Virus record (IMG/VR): IMGVR_UViG_3300028591_000179
Coordinates: 10,773 to 74,772 of that record
Strand: one strand, 5' to 3'
DNA length: 64,000 nt
From: a virus
Lineage: Duplodnaviria > Caudoviricetes
The notes beneath the pieces are model-generated. The model was not told the DNA's origin. It searched no databases and was given only the letters and a program-made list of their open reading frames with translations. This document shows positions 20,365 to 28,766 of the stretch, in pieces (the first letter of the stretch is position 1; every line of letters begins with the position of its first letter). A program made the translations under genes and the position numbers.

Positions 20365-20378
20365 TATATCATTCCCTA

Positions 20379-21020
20379 CTATTCATATACATATAATGGA
20401 CAAATACTATCAAAAGCATGTTTTTCAATTAATTTATTATTTCCCATTAATCTAAAAAATCCAGAATATACATCTGTCAAGTTATTTAAATTTAATGTTA
20501 AGCGTATACATACCCACTTTTTAGAAAAATATTTATATGGTAAATCTACTTTATCATATTCTTGATTTATATCTGGTTTTTTATCATATCTATGCGAATA
20601 ATCTATTATACATTTTACATTTATTAAATTATTCAAACCATAATCATTAATCATTTGTTTTAAATCTTTATATGCTTTCTTTACTTCTTTTATTTGATCT
20701 GATACCAAACCATCTAAGCTTGGAAAAATTAAATTATCACTAACACATAAATTATTTTTCTTATCATAAATTACACAATATGGTTCAAGACTAGGTCCTT
20801 TTTCCATTCCTGACCAAGTATTATATTCTTTATGAAAAGGAAAATTTGCATTAAGTAATCCATATAAATAAATCAAAATATTAAAAATTATATTTTCATT
20901 TTTAGATACTAAAGAATTTTCCTCAAAAGTATAATTATAAGAATCTTCAGATAAAAAAACTTCTCTAATATGTTTATTATTATGTATTTTATATCCACAA
21001 TTTTCAGTTTTGTTAAACAT
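20379..21020 (-). CDS. Hypothetical protein
   Basis: 213 aa; SGFFRLMGN resembles the family motif. Confidence 0.55.
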   Translation of the reverse strand: MFNKTENCGYKIHNNKHIREVFLSEDSYNYTFEENSLVSKNENIIFNILIYLYGLLNANFPFHKEYNTWSGMEKGPSLEPYCVIYDKKNNLCVSDNLIFPSLDGLVSDQIKEVKKAYKDLKQMINDYGLNNLINVKCIIDYSHRYDKKPDINQEYDKVDLPYKYFSKKWVCIRLTLNLNNLTDVYSGFFRLMGNNKLIEKHAFDSICPLYVYE

Positions 21021-21130
21021 TTATATATTCCTTTCATTAACTATAAATTTAATATAGCATTGAAATAAAACAAAGTAAAACCATTTAAAAGTTCTAATAG
21101 TTATATAAATTTTATTTAAGGATAGATACT

Positions 21131-21415
21131 ATGTCAAATAAATATAAAGAAGATTTTATAAAGAAGGTAAATAAATTATTAAGTGAAGGTGAAGATTATT
21201 CTTGGATGGATGATGACGATGAATTACCTCAAACAGAATATACTCCAAAACAAGAAGAAGCTATTGATATGTTTGATGAATATTTACAAAAATTAAATGA
21301 AGGTCTTATTTCAAGAAAAAATTTTGCTCAAATTGCTAGTGAATTATACAATAATTTACCAGAATATGATTATCTTAGAAGTAAAGATGCAAAATTACCA
21401 CAAAAGTATAATTAA
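21131..21415 (+). CDS. Small acidic putative internal head protein
   Basis: MSNKYKEDFIKKVNKLLSEGED leader; AGTTCT at 21090. Confidence 0.5.
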   Translation: MSNKYKEDFIKKVNKLLSEGEDYSWMDDDDELPQTEYTPKQEEAIDMFDEYLQKLNEGLISRKNFAQIASELYNNLPEYDYLRSKDAKLPQKYN

Positions 21416-21439
21416 AAAATAATATTTGGAATATTAAAA

Positions 21440-22549
21440 ATGGGTTTATTTGTTGGTCAAACTGAAGTAAGAATTAATCGTAATGATTCATATGGATCTT
21501 TAATAAAACCACAAAAAGTAATTGAAATTGAAAATTGGGTAAATTCTAAATTAGAAAGTAATGGCATTTTAGGTAATGATACAGAAGCATTATGGATTTC
21601 TGAGCATGACTATTTTGAAAATTATAACTTTTATGAATTAATGGATGAAAATCTTCAATATAATGTTTTTTATTTAGATACCTTAGAAACAAATAAAGAT
21701 ATACCAATTATTTTTTATACACCAAAACAAGTCCAACTAAATGAATTTGTTATTGCTGGAAATTCATTAGATGATAATAATTTAATTTTTGAAATATATG
21801 GAAGTAATGAACCTTTTGTAGCAGATTACGAACAAGATTTATCTATTGATTATTTTGCTTCTAATGATTCTTTATGGACAGAAATTAGTTTTAATAAGAT
21901 TGTTACAAATGAAAATGTTAAATTTACTTTTAATAATGAAAATTTTTATCATTATTATAAAATAGTAATTCGATTAAATGCATCAGTAGAAACTACATTT
22001 TCAGAATTTAGAATGACTGGTAATAATATAAAAATGCCTCCTACCCCTATGGAAATTTATTTAAGTAATCATGAAGTAAAAGAAATTAAAAATACTTCTG
22101 ATACAGCTACTTCATCAACAGAAGTAGTAGTATTTAATGCTTCTACCGGTGGAAAGGGTAATTTTAGTGGAGTATGTAGTAATTTAGTAAATTTAGAAAC
22201 ACTTATAATTAAAAAAGTTAGTGGTTCTGGTTGGAATCATTATCAAAATGCTTTTAATAATGATACAAAATTAAAAAATGTTATATTTAATGGCAGTATG
22301 ACTATGAGTGGGTCTGGACATTTAACTGGAATATTTAATGGATCAAATAATATAGAAAAAATTTATATAAATAAAAACTATAATCCTCCAGCAAATGTTA
22401 TGAATCAAATCTCTTCTAAAAATTGTATAGTATATACCGATTATACAAGTGAATCTGATAATTATATAAATACCTATTTTTCTGTAAATAAAATAGTTTA
22501 TAATTATTCTATAGATGATTTCTTTACATTATTAAATAATGAATTTTGA
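21440..22549 (+). CDS. Putative tail/receptor-binding protein with LRR (BspA-like) C-terminal repeats
   Basis: N-terminus similar to 18937 gene; NLVNLETLII...AFNNDTKLKNVIF...IFNGSNNIEKIYI repeats. Confidence 0.45.
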   Translation: MGLFVGQTEVRINRNDSYGSLIKPQKVIEIENWVNSKLESNGILGNDTEALWISEHDYFENYNFYELMDENLQYNVFYLDTLETNKDIPIIFYTPKQVQLNEFVIAGNSLDDNNLIFEIYGSNEPFVADYEQDLSIDYFASNDSLWTEISFNKIVTNENVKFTFNNENFYHYYKIVIRLNASVETTFSEFRMTGNNIKMPPTPMEIYLSNHEVKEIKNTSDTATSSTEVVVFNASTGGKGNFSGVCSNLVNLETLIIKKVSGSGWNHYQNAFNNDTKLKNVIFNGSMTMSGSGHLTGIFNGSNNIEKIYINKNYNPPANVMNQISSKNCIVYTDYTSESDNYINTYFSVNKIVYNYSIDDFFTLLNNEF

Positions 22550-22956
22550 TTTCTTTCTTTAACTTTATCATAATTTTTATCAAAATATTTATAATCATCA
22601 TTTTGCAAATCTCTATATTTGTAATTTTGATTTTTATCAAAATGATCACGATAAAAACCTTTAATCCTATTATGATCTGGATTAGTTCTTAAATCTTCTA
22701 TATAAGCTTGACTATCTTTTATTTTATTTAATAAATTTATAATTTTTTTATTTTCAGGATATTCATTTTTTATTGTTACAATTAAATAATAAGCCTTTCC
22801 TAAAAAACCTAAAGCTTTACTTAAATTTTCTTGTTCATTTTGGAGTTCTTCATTATCAATATCGTAATTTAAAGCTTGCATTCTACTAGGATTACCATCA
22901 TCTTCTTCTAATTTTTCACAAGCCTCTCTAAAAGCCTTTATATATTTATTAACCAT
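22504..22956 (-). CDS. Putative internal head protein (late, - strand)
   Basis: MVNKYIKAFREACEKLEED leader; AGTTCT on - at 22995-23000. Confidence 0.45.
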   Translation of the reverse strand: MVNKYIKAFREACEKLEEDDGNPSRMQALNYDIDNEELQNEQENLSKALGFLGKAYYLIVTIKNEYPENKKIINLLNKIKDSQAYIEDLRTNPDHNRIKGFYRDHFDKNQNYKYRDLQNDDYKYFDKNYDKVKERNQNSLFNNVKKSSIE

Positions 22957-23171
22957 TTAATGATTCCTTTTAAATTATTATTAATATGTTTATTAGAACT
23001 ATAAAAACTTTTAATTACCTGTTATATTTAGTATTCATATTTATATTCCCATTAACAATTCTAACTCTTTTACAAAAGAATACATTTATATACTTAATTC
23101 TACAAATAAAAATTACTAAAAATATTTAAAGTTCTTATGTATAATAATAAATATATCAATGAAAATAAAAA

Positions 23172-24014
23172 ATGTCAAAGTTTAAAAACATAATAGAAAA
23201 TATATTAAAAGAGCATAGCATCAATTTAAATGAGGATGCTAAAAAAGATTATGCTTTAATAAAAGAAGCAAAGGTTGTTTACAATATGTTTTTAAAAGAT
23301 TTACAAAAAAAGATGAAATATGTCTTAGAAGAATTAAAATCACAAGAAGATAGTGATTCTTGTGAAGTAAATGATTTAATTATTAAACTAAATATTTATG
23401 ATTATAACTCTACATGTGGTAGTTATGATCCTTTTATGAATAGTATTCAATTATCATTAAATTCACTTAAGAAAAAAACTAAATTAAAAAATGTAGAAAT
23501 AAATCCTGATACTGTTAATGAATCTATAATATATACTATTTTAAATTCTAATTTCACTAAAGAAGTTTTTTTACACGAATATCAACATTATAAACATAAC
23601 CAATACAGATATTCAAATCGAGATTATGAATCGATTAAATTTCCAAATAGTGATACTTATTATACTTATAGGCATGATGCTAATGAAAACAATTCTTATA
23701 CAATGGAAGATTTAAATAATATAATTAAACAATTTAAAAAAGAAATAAACAACAATTTATCTAAAAACAATATAAAGGATAAACTTAATTATTTTATATC
23801 CAATTTATATAATCAATATATTCATACTGATATAAATCCAAAAAAAGTACCATATGATTCAAAGTCATCAAATTTAAGTCAATTCTTCTTTACATATAAT
23901 AAAAAAAGATATATTAATCGAATTTATAATTTACTTTATTATTTATTTATAGAAGATAATATAACCAGAGCAAGAAAAATATATAATGAAATAAAAAAAG
24001 ATATATTAGAGTAA
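23172..24014 (+). CDS. Leader-bearing HEXXH (zincin-like) protein; paralog of 26940-27791
   Basis: MSKFKNIIENILKE leader; FLHEYQH motif; ENNSYTMEDLN. Confidence 0.6.
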   Translation: MSKFKNIIENILKEHSINLNEDAKKDYALIKEAKVVYNMFLKDLQKKMKYVLEELKSQEDSDSCEVNDLIIKLNIYDYNSTCGSYDPFMNSIQLSLNSLKKKTKLKNVEINPDTVNESIIYTILNSNFTKEVFLHEYQHYKHNQYRYSNRDYESIKFPNSDTYYTYRHDANENNSYTMEDLNNIIKQFKKEINNNLSKNNIKDKLNYFISNLYNQYIHTDINPKKVPYDSKSSNLSQFFFTYNKKRYINRIYNLLYYLFIEDNITRARKIYNEIKKDILE

Positions 24015-24021
24015 TAGATAA

Positions 24022-25407
24022 ATGTCAAGGTTTAGAAACATAGTAGAATCAATTATATATAATAGTAATATTTTATTTGAATCTGAGCAAAAAATAAATT
24101 GGATTTTGTCTCAACCTAAACTTGTCCAAGCTTTAGAAAATAGAATTCAAAATGATTCTAAAACTCCAAATAATATAACAGCTAAACAATTATTAAAAAA
24201 TTTTGATAATAGTTCAATTGTAATTGGAAAATTTTTGCCTTGGGTTGTAAAAATGTATTCTAATAATGAATTTGAATATACTGATTTAGGGTTAATAAAT
24301 AACTATCTCGGAAGCTTTGTAAAAAATTCAAACAAATTAGAAAAAAAAGATATAAATCAATATAAATCTTTAGAAGAATTAAATAATGCTTTAGAAAATA
24401 TAAAAGATGTTAAAGGATCTCGCGAAGTACAAAGAGATGCTAAATCTGGTGCAGAAAAAATTTATGAAGACAATAAATGGATTATACTTATCCCGCACAC
24501 TAAAGAAGCCGCAATACAATATGGTAAAAATACTAAATGGTGTACTGCAGGAATAAATAATAATATGTTTGACTATTATAATGAAGATGGACCTTTATAT
24601 ATTCTTATAAATAAGCAAAATCCTAATGAAAAATATCAGTTTCATTTTGAAACAAATCAATATAAAGATGTAGAAGATCGAGAAATAGATTTAAAATCTT
24701 TTTTAGAAGAAAATCCAGAAATAAAAATTTTTTTTGCATCTATTAAAAATCTTGATAAGACTGATATTAAAAATTGGATATGGCTTAATGGGACTAAATT
24801 AAATTATAATGATTACTTTGAAGAAGTTAAAAAACATGGTTTTGTATTAAAATATGTACCAGAAGAAGTAAAAGATTATAAAATGTGTTTAGAAGCTATT
24901 AAACAAGCTGGATATCGTTTAGAATTTGTACCAGAAAAATTAAAAGATTATAATATGTGTTTAATTGCAGTTAAAAGTAAGGCTACTGCATTAAAATATG
25001 TACCAGAAGAATTTAAAGATTATAAGTTATGTTTAGAAGCTGTTAAATCTGGAGGTTATATGTTAATAGATGTTCCAGAAGAATTTAAAGATTATAAGTT
25101 ATGTTTGACAGCTGTTAAATCTGATGGTTGTGCCATAGTAGATGTACCGGAGGAATTAAAAGATTATAATATGTATTTAGAAGCTGTTAAATCTGATGGC
25201 TATACATTAGAATGTATACCTGAAGAATTTAAAGATTATCAAATGTGTTTAGAAGCTGTTAAAAGTAAAGGTGAAGCATTAAAATATGTTCCAGAAGAAT
25301 TAAAAGATTATAGAATGTGTTTAACAGCAATTAAAAAAAATAATAGTGCATTAAATTATACATCAAAACAATTTAAAGAAAAACTTAAACAAAAAATCGG
25401 AATATAA
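24022..25407 (+). CDS. Leader-bearing protein with PcfJ-like core and DUF4116-type repeats
   Basis: MSRFRNIVESII leader; YGKNTKWCTA...GPLYILINK...KYQFHFE; seven 24-aa [VI]PE..KDY repeats. Confidence 0.65.
   Translation: MSRFRNIVESIIYNSNILFESEQKINWILSQPKLVQALENRIQNDSKTPNNITAKQLLKNFDNSSIVIGKFLPWVVKMYSNNEFEYTDLGLINNYLGSFVKNSNKLEKKDINQYKSLEELNNALENIKDVKGSREVQRDAKSGAEKIYEDNKWIILIPHTKEAAIQYGKNTKWCTAGINNNMFDYYNEDGPLYILINKQNPNEKYQFHFETNQYKDVEDREIDLKSFLEENPEIKIFFASIKNLDKTDIKNWIWLNGTKLNYNDYFEEVKKHGFVLKYVPEEVKDYKMCLEAIKQAGYRLEFVPEKLKDYNMCLIAVKSKATALKYVPEEFKDYKLCLEAVKSGGYMLIDVPEEFKDYKLCLTAVKSDGCAIVDVPEELKDYNMYLEAVKSDGYTLECIPEEFKDYQMCLEAVKSKGEALKYVPEELKDYRMCLTAIKKNNSALNYTSKQFKEKLKQKIGI
24830..25370 (+). 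repeat. Intragenic ~72-bp tandem repeats encoding DUF4116-like units
   Basis: Recurrent ccagaagaatttaaagattat-like units; boundaries approximate. Confidence 0.75.
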
Positions 25408-25409
25408 TA

Positions 25410-26045
25410 ATGTCTCAATTTAAAACTATTATAGAAAATATTTTAAAACAACATAATATTACTTTAACCGAAGCTAAAGTAATTAAAATATCTTTTGATG
25501 AATTGGGTAATGATTCTGGTTATAGTTATGAAGATATAATAACTTATAATATGCCACCATATTTACCGATATATAAAAATCCAACGCAATCTGAATTTTT
25601 TGATATTTATAATCATTCTATAGAAAAAGATATACGTGGATTAATTGTTAATGATGATATTTATATATGGGATAGTTATTGGGCATTACATAATAATATA
25701 TGGCAATTATTAAATATTGATCCAAATATAAATACTTGTGCTTTTTTGTATCATGATAATAAGTTAGAATTTGGTGATATATTAAATAAAGATGGTATGT
25801 ATATAAAAGATATAAACTTAGCTAAATCCATAATGCTTAATAATAAATGGTTTGTAGATACTTTTGGTAAAAATTTAATTAATAATGCCTTACCACATCA
25901 TACTTGGGAATTTGAAGAAGATACTATTAAACAAGGTAATTCTTGGGTAAATAAAGGAAAAGAAGGTACTCATGGTACCTTCAAAACTAAAAAACAAGCT
26001 GATACTCAAAGAAAGGCTATGTTTGCAAATGGATATAAAGGCTAA
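25410..26045 (+). CDS. Leader-bearing putative internal head protein with basic C-terminal module
   Basis: MSQFKTIIENILKQHNITLTEAK; ends WVNKGKEGTHGTFKTKKQADTQRKAMFANGYKG. Confidence 0.55.
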   Translation: MSQFKTIIENILKQHNITLTEAKVIKISFDELGNDSGYSYEDIITYNMPPYLPIYKNPTQSEFFDIYNHSIEKDIRGLIVNDDIYIWDSYWALHNNIWQLLNIDPNINTCAFLYHDNKLEFGDILNKDGMYIKDINLAKSIMLNNKWFVDTFGKNLINNALPHHTWEFEEDTIKQGNSWVNKGKEGTHGTFKTKKQADTQRKAMFANGYKG

Positions 26046-26051
26046 ATCATA

Positions 26052-26747
26052 TTAATTACCTGTTATACGTAACATTGCATTTGTTGTATTTATATCAGTT
26101 ATTTTAAAAATATAAATATCTTGACTATTAAGTCTTTCATCATAACCTTTAGAATAAAAATCAATATTAATATATTTAAATTTATTTTTTATCATTCTAA
26201 TATCATCTGCTGAATTATATACAATATAAATATTATTTGAATTACTATAAATTTGAAACGTAGAAAGAACTTTTTTATAAGTCATAAGTATATAATTCAT
26301 AAGTTTAGAAACTAATTCAAAATATTTAAAAGCATTTTCTATATCTGTATTAGTAACTTTATGTAATATTTCATTAATATATTTTGGTTTTAAATATAAA
26401 AAATCTTCACCATCTAATTGTTTAATTTCAAAACCAGATGTATCAATTTCATATTCGGTTAACCAAAATAAAATAGTTTGTGGATTAGTAATAACATTTA
26501 TTTTAAGATTACCATACTCATCTTCATATTCATCATAAAATTTACAAATAAAATCACAACAATTATTATCATATAGTAAAACTAAATTAGAATCTTTTAA
26601 ATATATATTTATTAGAGATGTTAAAAAATAAATAATTCTAATACTATCTCTTATATCATTATAATTATTATTAGATTTTATATAACTAGATTTAGAACGA
26701 CAGCTATATGTAAATTTATATTTATAATCATTATTCCATTTAGTCAT
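26052..26747 (-). CDS. Hypothetical protein, paralog of 19645-20364
   Basis: See paralog; ends NAMLRITGN. Confidence 0.65.
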   Translation of the reverse strand: MTKWNNDYKYKFTYSCRSKSSYIKSNNNYNDIRDSIRIIYFLTSLINIYLKDSNLVLLYDNNCCDFICKFYDEYEDEYGNLKINVITNPQTILFWLTEYEIDTSGFEIKQLDGEDFLYLKPKYINEILHKVTNTDIENAFKYFELVSKLMNYILMTYKKVLSTFQIYSNSNNIYIVYNSADDIRMIKNKFKYINIDFYSKGYDERLNSQDIYIFKITDINTTNAMLRITGN

Positions 26748-26939
26748 TTTAAATTCCTTTCTATTAATATATATAATAGCATATAAAAAGAAATAAAGTA
26801 AAGCTGTTTATTCATCTTTTCATTCTTGTAATAGAAATACTAAATAATAAAAGTCTACTAAATAAAATTCCTTAAAAGTTCTAATGTATATGTATATTTT
26901 ATCTTAAAAAACATAGTTAACATAATTCAAAAATAAAAA

Positions 26940-27791
26940 ATGTCAAAGTTTAGAAATATAGTAAAAAACATATTACAAGAAAATAATATTGTTATTAATG
27001 AAGATGCTAAAAACGATTATGCCTTAATAAAAGAAGCAGAAGTAGTTTATAATATGTTTTTAAATAAGATAAAACAAGATAGTGAATATGTAATTAATTG
27101 GTTAAATAAATATGGAGATGTAGTAATATTACCTCCTAATAATAATAATGAGTGTCCTTCTCTCAAAATATGTAGTTATAAAGGTCCTTCTGGCGAATTA
27201 GCTTTTTGTGATGAACTTGGTATAACTTTATATTTAGAAGGCTTATTATATAATAGTTGGTATAAAAAATATTTCTTAAATCATAATGTAACAATAGATA
27301 TTTTATTAAAAGCTCTTAAATTACCTCAAATTAAATCTTCTTTTTTACACGAATATCAACATTTTAAATATCATACAACAGATAAAACTAAAGATTTACC
27401 ATATAAAGTAAATTGGAAAAAAGATTACAATAAATATAGACTAAATCATAATGAAAATAATTCTTTTACTATGGAAGATTTAAATCATTTAATAACAGAT
27501 TTTAAATTTGAATTAAAACATAAAAATATTGATCTAAATAATAAAAAAGAAGTATTAAACTATTTATCTCAATATATACAAAATTTATATGCTCTTATTG
27601 GAATGAAATCAGCATACGATGGACATAGAATAACAAATTTATCAGAACAACCTATGTATACAAAAGATACACATATGGAAAAACAATACTATAAACGTAT
27701 ATACAATATATTATATTATTTATTTGTAGAAGATAACATAAATAAAGCAAGACAAATATATAATCAAATAAAAAAAGATATGCAAGGGTAA
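26940..27791 (+). CDS. Leader-bearing HEXXH protein; paralog of 23172-24014
   Basis: MSKFRNIVKNILQE leader; FLHEYQH; near-identical 5' DNA to paralog. Confidence 0.6.
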   Translation: MSKFRNIVKNILQENNIVINEDAKNDYALIKEAEVVYNMFLNKIKQDSEYVINWLNKYGDVVILPPNNNNECPSLKICSYKGPSGELAFCDELGITLYLEGLLYNSWYKKYFLNHNVTIDILLKALKLPQIKSSFLHEYQHFKYHTTDKTKDLPYKVNWKKDYNKYRLNHNENNSFTMEDLNHLITDFKFELKHKNIDLNNKKEVLNYLSQYIQNLYALIGMKSAYDGHRITNLSEQPMYTKDTHMEKQYYKRIYNILYYLFVEDNINKARQIYNQIKKDMQG

Positions 27792-27800
27792 TAATAACTA

Positions 27801-28472
27801 ATGAGTATATTTAGAAGTATAGTAGAAAATATATTACAAGAAATGACTTACCCAAGTAATTTTGATTTACAATATTTTTCAACTATTCCTACATTTAAAG
27901 ATCGTATTAAATATTGTAAAGACAGATTAAAACTTATTGGAAACGGTACATCACGTATAGCATTCCAAGTTGATGACAAAAAAGTACTTAAAATTGCAAA
28001 AAACTCAAAAGGGATTGCACAAAATATAAAAGAAGAAGATTGGGGTAGAAATCAATATGGTTGCTTTGCTAAAATATATGAAGCTGATACAAATAATCAT
28101 ACATGGATAGAAATGGAATTAGCAAGTAAAGTAACTTTTAAAAACTTTATTGAACATTTTGGATTATCTGCAAAATCTTTATTACCTGTATTTGAATATG
28201 TATATAATACCTACACTGATATAAATAAAAATAATAAACTTCCAGAAAAAGAACAAATAGAAGAATTTTTAAAAAACAATATATATAATAAGAAAAATAA
28301 AGAATTATATAATCTTTACCAATATATATTAGATTACCAACCAGATAAATTAACTATAAAAGATTGGTGTCGATCAGATAATTGGGGTAAAGTAAATAGA
28401 AATGGTAAAGAATACTATGTTATTATAGATGATGGATTTGATGAAGATATATGGAATAAATATTATGCTTAA
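27801..28472 (+). CDS. Leader-bearing protein-kinase-like protein
   Basis: IGNGTSRIAF Gly-loop, VLKIAK Lys, QNIKEE helix-C Glu, DWCRSDNWG catalytic-loop-like, VIIDDGF DFG-like. Confidence 0.7.
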   Translation: MSIFRSIVENILQEMTYPSNFDLQYFSTIPTFKDRIKYCKDRLKLIGNGTSRIAFQVDDKKVLKIAKNSKGIAQNIKEEDWGRNQYGCFAKIYEADTNNHTWIEMELASKVTFKNFIEHFGLSAKSLLPVFEYVYNTYTDINKNNKLPEKEQIEEFLKNNIYNKKNKELYNLYQYILDYQPDKLTIKDWCRSDNWGKVNRNGKEYYVIIDDGFDEDIWNKYYA

Positions 28473-28766
28473 AAATTTCAATAAATAAAATCATAATATA
28501 TAAAAAATAAAAAAATATCATACATTACAATCACTAATATGTTCTATATATACATAATATTAAAGTTAAATCTCAATTATATATATTAAAAAACATATAA
28601 TTAAAATGCTACGAGATTTAAACTACTACTCTGGATTATAAGTCAACATAAGTTATATAAGATTAATTAAATTTATTCATCACTGCTTATACCTTCTTAT
28701 ACAAAATAACAAAATCATATATTAAACTTAAATTTTCAAAAAACAAACAAAAGGATATAATATAAA

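Noticed and set aside
24830-25370. CRISPR array or DGR template from 72-bp periodicity
   Set aside because: In-frame protein repeats with synonymous variation
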